Source of the DNA: Clostridioides phage LIBA2945
Direction: 5' to 3' (one strand)
Sequence record: MF547663.1
Length of the DNA stretch: 64,000 nucleotides
Under the pieces are notes generated by a model. The model worked only from the letters and a program-made list of their open reading frames with translations, did no database searches and was not told where the DNA came from. The translations under genes were made by a program, and so were the position numbers. Of this stretch, positions 1-10,875 are shown in pieces. The first letter of the stretch is position 1. The number at the start of each line of letters is the position of its first letter.

Positions 1-110
1 AAACTAGTATCACTCACTGTATAAATTTCACCTTTTTTATAATTTCCTATGTTATTTATACAATATAATTTATCTCCCATGTGTACGTTTTTTATTAAAA
101 ATTTTATCAT
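1..110 (-). CDS. hypothetical protein, N-terminal fragment (continues past window start)
   Basis: RBS GGAGGT 7 nt upstream of ATG at 110 (minus strand); open frame MIKFLIKNVHMGDKLYCINN... runs to position 1. Confidence 0.35.
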   Translation of the reverse strand, partial: MIKFLIKNVHMGDKLYCINNIGNYKKGEIYTVSDTS

Positions 111-184
111 GTAATCTACCTCCAATTCATATTAAAACACATATTTTATTTCATAAATTCTTCTTTAGTCAAAAATCACCTCCT

Positions 185-208
185 AAGAAGGGAAATTTCC
201 CTTCTTAA
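185..208 (-). terminator. perfect 22-bp palindrome AAGAAGGGAAATTTCCCTTCTT overlapping the nrdG stop codon; possible terminator or attenuator hairpin
   Basis: seen directly; followed on the minus strand by an RBS-like AGGAGGTGA and a short T-run. Confidence 0.3.
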
Positions 209-705
209 TTCATATATAGTATTACTTGTTTTTTATTTAATGATTGTTGAACATCAATTATCCTTTGATTTGATGAACCTTTAAAAATTAACTCTAAAGA
301 TTTTTTATCTTCTTCAAATTTTCCATCTACAAGAACATCTATTAATTTTAACAATTCTAGCTTTTCATTGTCTGTTATGAGTTCTTCAAACTTAAAACCT
401 GTATAACACCATATTGTTTTGTTTGTATTCTTTTTAATTAATTTAGCTAAATGAACAAATCCTTGCAGTTGTAGAAGTGGGTCTCCTCCTGAAAATGTTA
501 CATCTGAAAATTTATTTGAAATGATTTCCTTATAAATATCTAATACTTTAGTTAAAGTTCCATTTTTTATATCCCAAGATTGAGGATTGTGGCAGCCTCT
601 ACACATATGATTACATCCAGAACAATAAATAGATGTTCTAAACCCTTCTCCATCAACAATTGTGTCATGTTTTATATCTAAAATATAAATATAGTCTTTA
701 TCCAT
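205..705 (-). CDS. nrdG: anaerobic ribonucleotide reductase activating protein (radical SAM)
   Basis: CSGCNHMCRGCHN cysteine cluster, SGGDPLL motif, 166 aa, overlaps and is co-oriented with nrdD. Confidence 0.8.
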   Translation of the reverse strand: MDKDYIYILDIKHDTIVDGEGFRTSIYCSGCNHMCRGCHNPQSWDIKNGTLTKVLDIYKEIISNKFSDVTFSGGDPLLQLQGFVHLAKLIKKNTNKTIWCYTGFKFEELITDNEKLELLKLIDVLVDGKFEEDKKSLELIFKGSSNQRIIDVQQSLNKKQVILYMN

Positions 706-2923
706 GTGTGACTCTATCCTTTAACTCAGCTAATTTTGCATTATTCCAGCTATCCGTAGTTCCAACTAGATATCCTGTAATTCTTTGTATAATATTTATG
801 TTATGACTTCCACATTTTGGGCATTCTTTTAACTCTGAATCTGCATTTTCAAAACCACAATTAAGACATCTGCTTCTTGTATGGTTTACAGAACCATAAC
901 CCATATTGTATTTTTTTATTAAATCCACAACCTTCATTATAGCTTTAGGATTATGTGTTGCATCCCCATCTAATTCAACATAAAATATGTGGCCACCACC
1001 TTCTAATTCATGGTAAGATGCTTCTATTTTCGCTTTATGTTCAACATTGCAGTTATACCAAACTGGAACATGAGAACTATTAGTATAATAATCTTTGTCT
1101 GTAATATTTTTTATTTCTCCAAATATTTTTTTATCTTTTTGAGTAAATTTTCCAGAAAGACCTTCTGCGGGTGTGCCTAATACAGAATAATTGAGGTTAT
1201 ATTTCTTTTTATATTTTTCTACTTTAGACTTTAAAAATGATATGATTTCTAAACCTAATTTTTGTGCCTTTTCGCTTTCACCATGATGTTCACCTATAAG
1301 AGCTATTAAACATTCTGCTAGACCTATAAATCCTACCCCAAGTGTTCCATGCTTTAAAACTTCGCTTACATCATCATTTGGATTTAAATTTTCTGAGTTT
1401 TTCCATAACCCACTCATTAATAGTGGAAACTGTTTTGCTTTAGCAGTACATTGAAATAAGTATCTATCATATAATTGTCTTGCTACTACATCTGAATATT
1501 TATCAAGAAGAAAAATAAACTCTGCAACTCTATTAGCTTCATTATTTGGATATTTTTCTTTAGCCTCTAATGCCATTTTTACTAAATTAAGAGTCGTAAA
1601 AGATAGATTTCCTCTTCCTATACTTGTTTTTTCTCCATGCAAATCTTCAAATACCCTTGTACGACACCCCATTGTTGCTACTTCATAAATATATCTGTTT
1701 GGGTCACACATTTTCCATTTTACATGCTTATTGAAGGTTGCATCTAAATTTAAAAAATTAGGGAAAAATCTTTTAGCTGATACTTTACATGCTAATTCAT
1801 ATAAGTCATAATTTCTATCAGTAGGATTATAGTTCACACCTTCTTTCACTTTCCAGATTTGAATTGGGAAAATTGGTGTTTCTCCATTTCCGACTCCTTC
1901 ATAAGTAGATTTTAGTATTTCTCTTATTATACATCTACCTTCTGCTGAAGTATCTGTACCATAATTTATAGAACTAAACACGACCTGATTTCCACCCCTT
2001 GAATGAATTGTGTTCATATTATGTATAAATGACTCCATTGATTGATGAACTCTCCATACAGTTCTGTTTATAGCATGTTGAACATTTCTTTTTTCGCTGT
2101 CTAATTCTTTTAAGTCCTTAATTATATAATCCTCTATTTCTATATTGTATAAATGAGATAAATCAATATCATCCTTTATTTCTATATTTTTTATTTCTTC
2201 TATAAATGTTTTTCTTACACTCGGAGCATTATAAAAATCAAAAGCTGGTATCGCCTGTCCTCCATGCATTTCATTTTGTACAGTCTCTAAACTAATACAT
2301 CCTAATATACTTGAAGTCTCTATTCTTTTAGTAGGTCTACTAGAGCCATGTCCCGCTCTAAAACCATTATTAAAAATTTTATCTAAAGGATGTTGGATAC
2401 AAGTTAATGATTTCGTAGGATAATAGTCTTTATCATGTATATGTATATAATTATCCATCATTGCTTCTTTTGCTTCTTCAGATAAAAGTACATGGTCAGT
2501 AAAAGTTTTAGTAGCTTCACTTGCAAACTTCATCATCATACCTGCTGGAGTATCTGCATTCATATTTGCATTTTCTTTAGTTATATCATTACTTTCAGTA
2601 TTTACAATAGACATATAATCATTATAAGTTTTTCTTCCTCTTGCTATATTTCTTTTCTCTCTGTATGTTATATATTCTTTAGCGACATCTTTCTTTTTAC
2701 TAGCCATTAAGCTAAATTCGATTATATCTTGTATATCTTCTATATGCATTTTTTCACATGGTTTATTTTTTATTTTTTTAGCTATTAGCGTTGCTAATTC
2801 TCTATCAAATGCTTCACTTTTTCCTTTATTCCTTAATGATAAAAAGCTTTTTTCTATTGCGTCTATTATTTTGTTTTCATCAAAGGGAACTATTCTCCCA
2901 TCTCTTTTAATTACGTTTAACAT
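698..2923 (-). CDS. nrdD: anaerobic (class III) ribonucleoside-triphosphate reductase
   Basis: N-terminal ATP-cone-like region (VIKRDGRIVPFDENKI), C-terminal Zn ribbon CLNCGF...CPKCGS, glycyl-radical-like RITGYL near C-terminus, 741 aa. Confidence 0.88.
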   Translation of the reverse strand: MLNVIKRDGRIVPFDENKIIDAIEKSFLSLRNKGKSEAFDRELATLIAKKIKNKPCEKMHIEDIQDIIEFSLMASKKKDVAKEYITYREKRNIARGRKTYNDYMSIVNTESNDITKENANMNADTPAGMMMKFASEATKTFTDHVLLSEEAKEAMMDNYIHIHDKDYYPTKSLTCIQHPLDKIFNNGFRAGHGSSRPTKRIETSSILGCISLETVQNEMHGGQAIPAFDFYNAPSVRKTFIEEIKNIEIKDDIDLSHLYNIEIEDYIIKDLKELDSEKRNVQHAINRTVWRVHQSMESFIHNMNTIHSRGGNQVVFSSINYGTDTSAEGRCIIREILKSTYEGVGNGETPIFPIQIWKVKEGVNYNPTDRNYDLYELACKVSAKRFFPNFLNLDATFNKHVKWKMCDPNRYIYEVATMGCRTRVFEDLHGEKTSIGRGNLSFTTLNLVKMALEAKEKYPNNEANRVAEFIFLLDKYSDVVARQLYDRYLFQCTAKAKQFPLLMSGLWKNSENLNPNDDVSEVLKHGTLGVGFIGLAECLIALIGEHHGESEKAQKLGLEIISFLKSKVEKYKKKYNLNYSVLGTPAEGLSGKFTQKDKKIFGEIKNITDKDYYTNSSHVPVWYNCNVEHKAKIEASYHELEGGGHIFYVELDGDATHNPKAIMKVVDLIKKYNMGYGSVNHTRSRCLNCGFENADSELKECPKCGSHNINIIQRITGYLVGTTDSWNNAKLAELKDRVTHG

Positions 2924-3062
2924 TAAATACCACTCCTTTGTATTTTATTTAGTTTATAAAAATTTTATAAATTTAATTAAGTTTAATATAAGTATAACAC
3001 TCAACTAGATAAAATGCAATACTAGATTTTAAAAATTTTCATTTTAAAATCTAGTATTATCT

Positions 3063-4202
3063 CTATTGTTTTTGCTGCTGAATTGCAAATTGCTCTAAAT
3101 ATATATCTTTCAAGGTTCTTCTTGTACTTGTATTATTAATAATACTTAATCCAGAACTTGTTTCTCTCATAACTCTGCTCCAAATAGAACTGCCTTTATC
3201 CATATCTATATACTTAATACATTGCATCTTCTTTTTCCAATTTGAGTGTCTCCATAAATATAAATTATGCGCAAGACCTAGATATGCATAAAACATGAAA
3301 TTCTCACAAGTTAATGAGATTTCTTTAGACATTTTTCTTCCTTCATAAGACATCATCTCAGGATAAATTTTAACTAATTCTTCAAAAAACTCTTTTAAAA
3401 ATTTAAAACATTCTTCTTCCATATTTTTGTCTTCGATATCACTAAAAGTATTTTTAAATGCTGTTACAAGTGTATTTAAAGTAACAATATTCATCATATC
3501 ATTTTTTGCAATAGATGTTTTAACCATATCTATTTTATTCTTTAATGCCCCTTTTTCATTTAATTTTATCATAATACGATTTACTGCATCCTGTTTATTA
3601 AAAGATTCAATTCTCGACTTAGAAAGAGTTTCGTGCAAGTTTAATTGCCAGAAATGTTCCATTGCAACTTCCATGTTATGACAAGTTATTAGAACAGGAA
3701 ATTTAAGAGTTTTTAATATTTTTATTATTCTCTTTTCATCTTCTCCTCCTATTATTTTGGCATCCTGATATATATTATGTATTGCTTTTGTTCTATGTTG
3801 ACCATCTTGCATACACATTAAACCTAGTATTATTGTTAGTTGCGAAGTATATTCATCATATATTACTTTTCCTTCTTTCCCATTTTCATCAAGTATATTT
3901 ATTGTTAGTTGGTCTGGAAAATATTTTTCTTGTAATATCTTTTTTTGAATACTTTTGACTCTTGTTTTATTAAAAACTGCTTTATATTTAAATGTTCCAT
4001 CTGCTTGTTTTTTTGCTAATAGACCACGCTGTGTTGCAGGATAGTATATTATTTTTTGTTCATCCCATAATTTTGCTATTTCATATGCAGAAATATTTAT
4101 AGTCCACATTTTTTTATATAAGTGGTCTACTCCTTGAAATGTGTAGTTCTCAGTAAGTTTATGTTCATTAGGATTATATATATTATCAAATGTTATCGCC
4201 AA
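3063..4202 (-). CDS. DGQHR-domain protein (DndB/DpdB-like, ParB-fold)
   Basis: exact DGQHR motif in MCMQDGQHRTKAIHN, about 379 aa as in DndB; TTG start with upstream GGAGAG RBS. Confidence 0.5.
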   Translation of the reverse strand: MAITFDNIYNPNEHKLTENYTFQGVDHLYKKMWTINISAYEIAKLWDEQKIIYYPATQRGLLAKKQADGTFKYKAVFNKTRVKSIQKKILQEKYFPDQLTINILDENGKEGKVIYDEYTSQLTIILGLMCMQDGQHRTKAIHNIYQDAKIIGGEDEKRIIKILKTLKFPVLITCHNMEVAMEHFWQLNLHETLSKSRIESFNKQDAVNRIMIKLNEKGALKNKIDMVKTSIAKNDMMNIVTLNTLVTAFKNTFSDIEDKNMEEECFKFLKEFFEELVKIYPEMMSYEGRKMSKEISLTCENFMFYAYLGLAHNLYLWRHSNWKKKMQCIKYIDMDKGSSIWSRVMRETSSGLSIINNTSTRRTLKDIYLEQFAIQQQKQ

Positions 4203-4372
4203 TTAAATCTCTCCTTATTTTGTATTTTATTATATTATTATTATATACCATTTTCAACTGAATAAAAATAGACTTTAAACAATTTATCTGTTTTTTATTT
4301 AGTTTATAATTTACTCTAACATCCTTATTTTATACATAATCCTAAGTTTTAAATCTTATTAAAATAGTGATT

Positions 4373-4675
4373 TTAATTACTTTTTTTCTTCTTAGATTCC
4401 TCCTCTGTCTTTTTCTTATTTTTTAAATTTCTTGCTTCCTCTTCTATTAATTCAATCATAGTATCAATAAAGGTTTTTACAAATATTTTTTTATAATTTT
4501 TAAATTCTTTATCAGTCAAATCTAACTCTTGTTCATCTACGATATTTTGGAATCTATCATTCGCAAATTTTTCTAAATATTTTTTTGAATATGTTATAGT
4601 AAAACATGCTTTGAATGATTTAGCATATTCTTTAGTCCAATCTTTTAAATTATTTAATTCTATTCTTAATCCCAT
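4373..4675 (-). CDS. hypothetical protein, lysine-rich C-terminus
   Basis: ORF with RBS, co-oriented. Confidence 0.3.
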   Translation of the reverse strand: MGLRIELNNLKDWTKEYAKSFKACFTITYSKKYLEKFANDRFQNIVDEQELDLTDKEFKNYKKIFVKTFIDTMIELIEEEARNLKNKKKTEEESKKKKSN

Positions 4676-4787
4676 TTGAATCCCCTTTTATTTATAAAAA
4701 TTTAATTCCTCTATATTTATATATTTTATCTTTTTTAGATTTTATTTATTCTTTAAAATCACCACTAGAATTTTATTTATGGCATAT

Positions 4788-7700
4788 TTATTCAATTATC
4801 CAGTAAGAACTTACCCATATATCAATTCCCTCTACATCTACATAATCATCATTTATAAATCTCTTTTTTGATTCAGTTCTAGTTTTATTTAAATATACTT
4901 TGTCAAACAATTTAATTGGATTGTTTTTAAATGTTTTTTTCTTTATCTTACATTCTTTTATTCTTCCAGAGCGTATATTATAAAATGTAATTTTAGGGGA
5001 GTACTTAGTATTAATATCTACAGCTATACAATGCCTTGGATTTTCATCAGATTTAATAATATTACAACTTCCTACATTTTCATAATGAGCTTTAATTAAT
5101 TCTTCAATTGGAATATCTTTATTCTCAAAAACATCTTCCATGTATTCACACAATGCTAAAATATTTACATCCATGAACATTTTTTCAGTTTTTCTATTTG
5201 CGAATTTTTCTATATATTTCGCATAGATATTAGTTTTCTTTAATTGTTTTTTTTCATAAAAAGCACTAAATACTTGAACAATATTTAATAATTTAGATGT
5301 CTTACCAAACTCTTCAAAAAAGTTTAACTTAATTAATATTTCTAATTGTCTACTATTGATATTTTTATTTAAATCAATTAACAATTTAGTAAAAGTATTA
5401 TATTCATTATTTCTTAATGAATATAAATATTCAGCAACTTCAGTATTTAAATATTTAATACTTGATATACCTTTATATATAGTATTTGTTTTTTTGTCCA
5501 TGAAATACTCTGCTCTTGAATATCTAAATTTACAATTTTTAACTTCTATCCCATATTCTTTTGCCAACTTTATTCCATTATTCAAATCTTCTTCATTATC
5601 TGCCCAATTTAAATATGATGTTGTAAATTCTAAAGGATAGTAGTATCTTAACATTCCACATATATAACCATTCATAGAGTATCCAGTTGAATGGTTGTAT
5701 CCAAATTGATATTCTGAAGAATCTGATATTATTTGTATAAATTCTTTCGCTTCTTTTTCAGCTATTTCTTTGGGTTTATTTGAGTGTTTACAATAGCCAT
5801 TTAAAATCTTTGGCAATTGTTTTTCTAATTCAACATCATCTTTTTTTCCTATTGCTCTTCTAGTTGTATCAGCTAAAGAGCCATCAAAATCACATATGTC
5901 TGTTAAGAACTTTATTGTATCTTCTTGAAATACTAAAAACCCATTATTATCTTTTAATAATTCATCTATTTCTTCTGATGGATTTTTATTAAATTCTCTA
6001 TTTATTAATCTTTCTCTATATGATTTTCCACTAGGTCTTAAACTTGCATTTACTAAAGACATATCATTTACACATTTTGCTTTATATGTACTTAATAAAT
6101 CAAAAGCGTAATCACCTTCAAATTGAAAAATTCCAACATTAATTCTATTTATATCTTCCCAAACATTTTTATCATTCCAATTTATTTCGTGAGCATACTT
6201 CCACTCTTTATTTATAAGTCTATACGTATCTTGAATTATACCTATAGTTTTTAATCCTAATATATCAAATTTCACATAATTCAATGAATCTACTGCTTTC
6301 ATCGTGCAAAATGATACTGGACTGTTTTCATTTCCATCTTTATAAAATACACCCAAATTATCATACAAAGTTATTGGGCTACCAATCATCCCTGCTGGAT
6401 GTGTACCTTTAGAAGTTATTACTCCTCTAATCCCATCAAAATAATAAAACAAATCCTTATTATGTTCTCTTAACTCATCCCACATTTCTTTTAATTTAAT
6501 TAATCTTTGTTTTTTCTTATTGTTTCTTATTGTATGCAAATATAATTCATGGTCTATAAAGTCTGGCGATTTACTTTCTTTGCCTTCTAGCTCTTCTATG
6601 TTTATTTCTTCTATAATTATCTTGGAATATTCTTTAAAGATATTATCAAATGTGTCTTTTATATTTTTAACCAAATTCAAATTATCATAATTTAATCCTT
6701 TAGCAAGTACATCTATACTGCCTCTATCCTTTATAGTTTGAAATGTTAGTATATATGATACTTTATCTTTTCCAAATCTATTAATTATATATTCATAAAC
6801 CTTTTGTCTATCTGATGGACTAAAATCTAAATCTATATCTCCAAGTGATATTCTATCAGCATTGCAGAACCTTGAAAATGCAGTTTTCCATCTAATAGCA
6901 TCCACATCTGTTATTCCTGTTATGTATGCTATTAAAGAACCACCAACAGAACCTCTACATGGGCTAACATGAATATCATTATCTTTGCACCAATTTACTA
7001 ATTCAGCTACAAACAGCATGAAACTAGCCATGCCTTGATTACACATTATTTCATATTCTTCTTGTACTCTTAGTTTATATATATCTATTTTTTCTTTTTC
7101 AATAGCATTTACATTTATTAATTTTAAAAGTTTTTCATCTATGTAATCTTTCCATGTTTGATTGGCATTTTCCCCATATAAATTAGGATATTTAAAAGTT
7201 TTATCTAGTGTAAAATCTTCAACCATAGCAGCTAATTTATTTGTATTATTAATTGCTTCCAATATAATATCAATAGGTAGAATATTTTGTTTTTTAAACT
7301 CATCAACTAAATCATCATAATTTTTCCATGTTAAGTCAAATTCATCTTCTTCTCCATAGAAGCTATTTTTAGATTTTTGAAGCACTTTTCTACATTCTGC
7401 TTTATATTCAGATGATGAATGAGTGTCTGTCCCTGCTATCAATGGTATTCCATATAAGATACTCCACTCATAGAGCATCTTATTATACTCTTTTTGACTA
7501 TCGCAGTTGTGATATTGTATTTCTAAAAAACATCTATGATTATTTTTAGACATCCATTCTAGTAACTCTTGTCTTTTTTTAATATTATAATTATATTTCT
7601 CAATACCCTCAATATCTATTATATTTGTATCACCTAGCTTCCATAATGGTGATGCTAGACAAGCAGAAGTTATTATTATATTATCGCTTGTATTCATTAA

Positions 7701-8120
7701 TTCATCAAATGATATTCTTGGATTGAAATAAAAATGACGGTCACTATTATCTTTTAAAATTCCTTTAGATGTAGCTTTTGACATTAGAGAATTTAACTCT
7801 CTAACACCTTTTAAATTTTTTGCATATAAGCCAATATGCCAACCTCTATTATTATCTTCTAAATTTATGCATGTATATAGTTCTACACCATGAATATACT
7901 TTATTTCTGCGTTATCACACGCCTGTTTCTTTTTTACCCAGTCATAAATACCACCATGATTGCTAAATGCTATTGCTTTCATGTTATTTTCTTTTGCTAA
8001 TGATATATATTCATCATATTTGCTACATGAGTCAGCAAAACCATTACAATTAGAAGTATCATCATGTAAGTGGTATACAACATAATTATTTGTTAATATT
8101 TCTTTTTGTATTTTATTCAT
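4788..8120 (-). CDS. dnaE: DNA polymerase III alpha subunit (DnaE-type) with N-terminal PHP domain
   Basis: PHP motifs VYHLHDDTSN and AFSNHGGIYDW, 1110 aa, in replication gene block. Confidence 0.85.
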   Translation of the reverse strand: MNKIQKEILTNNYVVYHLHDDTSNCNGFADSCSKYDEYISLAKENNMKAIAFSNHGGIYDWVKKKQACDNAEIKYIHGVELYTCINLEDNNRGWHIGLYAKNLKGVRELNSLMSKATSKGILKDNSDRHFYFNPRISFDELMNTSDNIIITSACLASPLWKLGDTNIIDIEGIEKYNYNIKKRQELLEWMSKNNHRCFLEIQYHNCDSQKEYNKMLYEWSILYGIPLIAGTDTHSSSEYKAECRKVLQKSKNSFYGEEDEFDLTWKNYDDLVDEFKKQNILPIDIILEAINNTNKLAAMVEDFTLDKTFKYPNLYGENANQTWKDYIDEKLLKLINVNAIEKEKIDIYKLRVQEEYEIMCNQGMASFMLFVAELVNWCKDNDIHVSPCRGSVGGSLIAYITGITDVDAIRWKTAFSRFCNADRISLGDIDLDFSPSDRQKVYEYIINRFGKDKVSYILTFQTIKDRGSIDVLAKGLNYDNLNLVKNIKDTFDNIFKEYSKIIIEEINIEELEGKESKSPDFIDHELYLHTIRNNKKKQRLIKLKEMWDELREHNKDLFYYFDGIRGVITSKGTHPAGMIGSPITLYDNLGVFYKDGNENSPVSFCTMKAVDSLNYVKFDILGLKTIGIIQDTYRLINKEWKYAHEINWNDKNVWEDINRINVGIFQFEGDYAFDLLSTYKAKCVNDMSLVNASLRPSGKSYRERLINREFNKNPSEEIDELLKDNNGFLVFQEDTIKFLTDICDFDGSLADTTRRAIGKKDDVELEKQLPKILNGYCKHSNKPKEIAEKEAKEFIQIISDSSEYQFGYNHSTGYSMNGYICGMLRYYYPLEFTTSYLNWADNEEDLNNGIKLAKEYGIEVKNCKFRYSRAEYFMDKKTNTIYKGISSIKYLNTEVAEYLYSLRNNEYNTFTKLLIDLNKNINSRQLEILIKLNFFEEFGKTSKLLNIVQVFSAFYEKKQLKKTNIYAKYIEKFANRKTEKMFMDVNILALCEYMEDVFENKDIPIEELIKAHYENVGSCNIIKSDENPRHCIAVDINTKYSPKITFYNIRSGRIKECKIKKKTFKNNPIKLFDKVYLNKTRTESKKRFINDDYVDVEGIDIWVSSYWIIE

Positions 8121-9813
8121 TTACAACACTACTTTCAACATCTATTATATCTATATAAGAATATCCATTTTCATTGTTTTTAATAGAAAATAATATATTC
8201 ATTATTAAATCCTTAGATTTAAGATTATTATTATCTTCGTTAATCATTTTGCTAAAAAATTTTTTACTACAAAAATCTTTTTTAAATAAAATTTTATCTT
8301 TCATAAAACTATAACTAGCATTCCCATATTTTTTTATATCCATTGTATTTATTCTTAAGTCTTTAATTATAAATTTAGGTCTTTCAATTGTCCCACACCA
8401 AATATCTTCTAATTCTCCTATACATATTAAATCATTTATGTTTATATTGCTGTCAAATACAAAATCTACTTCTACATTACTTGTTATTGTTATATTTTTA
8501 AATTTATCATTTGTATATTTTATAAACTTACTTATATTTTCTTTGGGAAACTCATATCCAAAACTAGATTCATGTCCTTTACACCAATTGAATAATTTGC
8601 TGTCTACACAAATAGATTTAAAATTATCTATATAATTAGGGCATCTTACTGAACCTGTATAATTATTTTTATTGTCAGATTCTCTTATCATAAGTATTGG
8701 CTTGTTGAATACATTCATAAATTTATTTGCTACCAATCCTGTTACTTTTGCATCTATACTATTTGAATCAATTAATACAACCTTATCATTCTCCACTGAA
8801 AATAGTTTTACATTTCCCTTTATTGCTTTATCAGTTATATCTTTTTGCTTTCTTTTATAGTTTTTACCTATCCTTATAATAGCATCTTGTAATTTCTGTT
8901 TTTTAATTTCTCCTTTTGATTTATATGTAATTGTTTTTTCTTCACCTATAAAAGCTCTAAACAACAATTCTTTATCTTCTATTGTTCCATTTCTAATTAT
9001 TGCATTTATTATGGGTGAAATACCCCAAACAACATTGTCTATCTTTAAATAATTTTTTATTTTTAAATCATGAACAAATGATAATATTAAGGGATTAGTT
9101 ATATGGTTTACTTGCTTACCTATATTGAATATATATCTGTTTTCTAGTGACCTCATATCCATAGAATCACTTATATTTGCAACATTAGCCAAGTCAATAT
9201 ATTTATATCCTATATCTAAATTTACTTTATCTACTATGTATCTTATGAATTTATATGTAACCATCGCCCCACTACCATCTATATTTTCTACTTCTCCATT
9301 TTTATTATTAATTATTATGCTTGTATCTGGCACTTTAGTTAAATCATACATATGATGGTCTAATGCAATGAAATCTATTCCATTCCTATTCAATTCTATT
9401 TGTTCTTTAAAATTTTCTGATGAGCTATCTGGAGTAATCAATAGTTTTGTGTTGTCTTCAATTACTTTATCCATAACCTCTTTTGTTAGTCCATGAACTT
9501 TTGCCTTTTCAGTATGTTGTATATAATACACATTGTCATATTGTAAGTCAAATTTAATAAACATATATATTATTGAAGAACTACAATAACCATCAACATC
9601 TGTATCCACTAGTATACCTATTTTATTATTATTTCTAATATTTTTTAATAAACAATTGTAGGCTCTATCAATATTGGTGTAATTATTATAATCTTCCCAA
9701 TTTAAAATATCTGCATTTAAAAGCCAATTTATTTTTTGATTATCAAGACCTCTATTTTTTAAAACAGTATTTAATACTGTATCTTCTATATGGTTTTTTA
9801 GTTCCCATTCCAA
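8113..9813 (-). CDS. DHH-family phosphoesterase, RecJ-like ssDNA exonuclease
   Basis: DHH motifs VDTDVDGYCSS, LDHHMYD, DGSGAMVTYKF. Confidence 0.6.
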   Translation of the reverse strand: MEWELKNHIEDTVLNTVLKNRGLDNQKINWLLNADILNWEDYNNYTNIDRAYNCLLKNIRNNNKIGILVDTDVDGYCSSSIIYMFIKFDLQYDNVYYIQHTEKAKVHGLTKEVMDKVIEDNTKLLITPDSSSENFKEQIELNRNGIDFIALDHHMYDLTKVPDTSIIINNKNGEVENIDGSGAMVTYKFIRYIVDKVNLDIGYKYIDLANVANISDSMDMRSLENRYIFNIGKQVNHITNPLILSFVHDLKIKNYLKIDNVVWGISPIINAIIRNGTIEDKELLFRAFIGEEKTITYKSKGEIKKQKLQDAIIRIGKNYKRKQKDITDKAIKGNVKLFSVENDKVVLIDSNSIDAKVTGLVANKFMNVFNKPILMIRESDNKNNYTGSVRCPNYIDNFKSICVDSKLFNWCKGHESSFGYEFPKENISKFIKYTNDKFKNITITSNVEVDFVFDSNININDLICIGELEDIWCGTIERPKFIIKDLRINTMDIKKYGNASYSFMKDKILFKKDFCSKKFFSKMINEDNNNLKSKDLIMNILFSIKNNENGYSYIDIIDVESSVVNE

Positions 9814-10875
9814 TCAATCACCTACTTTAATTTTATTTTTTAACAATTTTTCAAAAACATCTTTCCCTTTATCTATTGGAGAGTCTTTGTAAGACAATAA
9901 ATTCTCTACATCCCATAACACATATACATCTACTAACCCAGATAGATTTTTAGTCATTTTTTTTATTTTATTCCACCATTTAGTACAATCATCATCTTCT
10001 AGTTCTTGAAATTGTCTATCATATGCTATTATGATTTCTGTTACTCCTAAATCCAAAATCATTTTTTTCTGATAATTAGAAAATGAACTTCCACAGGTCG
10101 CAACTGCTATATTATTTTTAGGATATATGGTCTCAAACTTTAATACTGATTTTTCACCTTCAAATATAAAAACTTTTTTCTTATGTCTTATATTTTCTTT
10201 GTTTTTATTTAATCCATACAAATTCTTTCCTAATGGATGGTTATATCCTTTATCATCTAACCATAATGGATAATATTTTCCATATCTTTTCGTTAGATAT
10301 TTATTAAATGCTCTTACTCTTATGCCTACAACTTCATTATTAATATTCATATGTGGAATTACAACCCTATTGTTCTCTATATCATACCTTACATCAAAAT
10401 TTTTTATAGCTTCAAATGATATTCCTTCCTCTTCCCATTGCTTAATGCGTTTTTGTGGGTACGTCCTGTGTAAAAAAGGCTTATCTATACGATTTAATAT
10501 TTCAACTTCTATATCTAATATGGATTTGCTTTTAGTTAGATTAAGTGTACCAAAACCTATTTTTGGTTCGTAACAATATGTGCATTTCACTATATCTGTG
10601 ATGAATTTAATGGAACTTTTAAAATCTATATTTTTAGATGCCATAACCAAATCAAATAAAGACATATTTCCACAATTAGTAAAACAAGTAAACAACTTTG
10701 AATCTTTATGATAATATAATTTATAGCTACACTCATCATTTGGATTATTGTGACATATTGTTTTAAATATTAATTCTTTGTCATTACTTCTTTCAGATAA
10801 ATCACTTCCAAGTTCACTAAGTATTTTTATTATATCTTCTTCAGTTATGCTTTTTAAAAGCTCTTTCGCATCTAT
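9814..10875 (-). CDS. dnaG: DnaG-like DNA primase (CHC2 zinc finger + TOPRIM)
   Basis: Reading frame stays open upstream of the TTG at 10695 and encodes a CHC2 finger (ICHNNPNDEC...HKDSKLFTCFTNCGNMSLFDLVM); TOPRIM-like IFEGEKSV...AYDRQ downstream. There is no ATG/GTG/TTG between 10696 and the stop at 10882; likely ATA start at 10875 lying 9 nt after AGGAGG. Confidence 0.65.
   Translation of the reverse strand: MDAKELLKSITEEDIIKILSELGSDLSERSNDKELIFKTICHNNPNDECSYKLYYHKDSKLFTCFTNCGNMSLFDLVMASKNIDFKSSIKFITDIVKCTYCYEPKIGFGTLNLTKSKSILDIEVEILNRIDKPFLHRTYPQKRIKQWEEEGISFEAIKNFDVRYDIENNRVVIPHMNINNEVVGIRVRAFNKYLTKRYGKYYPLWLDDKGYNHPLGKNLYGLNKNKENIRHKKKVFIFEGEKSVLKFETIYPKNNIAVATCGSSFSNYQKKMILDLGVTEIIIAYDRQFQELEDDDCTKWWNKIKKMTKNLSGLVDVYVLWDVENLLSYKDSPIDKGKDVFEKLLKNKIKVGD

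Noticed and set aside
205-705. Radical SAM protein as QueE (7-deazaguanine pathway) given the nearby DGQHR protein
   Set aside because: Gene overlaps and is co-transcribed with nrdD and has the NrdG-like CxxxCxxC plus GGDPLL arrangement. NrdG is the simpler call.
2492-2710. Plus-strand ORFs from the six-frame track lying antisense inside large minus-strand genes (also 3427..3681, 5356..5640, 8438..8635, 8672..8860, 9125..9355, 10322..10573, 15904..16155, 17952..18278, 20142..20342, 30165..30386, 31126..31365, 31681..31911, 35924..36154, 36533..36763, 37763..37945, 38183..38467, 38876..39115, 39717..39941, 39974..40207, 43752..44194, 45444..45914, 50855..51091, 52804..52989, 57398..57667, 58722..59000)
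   Set aside because: Low-complexity F/I/L/S-rich translations typical of antisense reading of AT-rich coding DNA. No RBS. Fully embedded in well-supported genes.
10869-10871. ATG 9 nt after the AGGAGG upstream of the primase as its start codon
   Set aside because: It is in a different frame from the primase ORF and terminates after five codons (MRKSF-stop). Kept only as a possible sign of a one-base indel.
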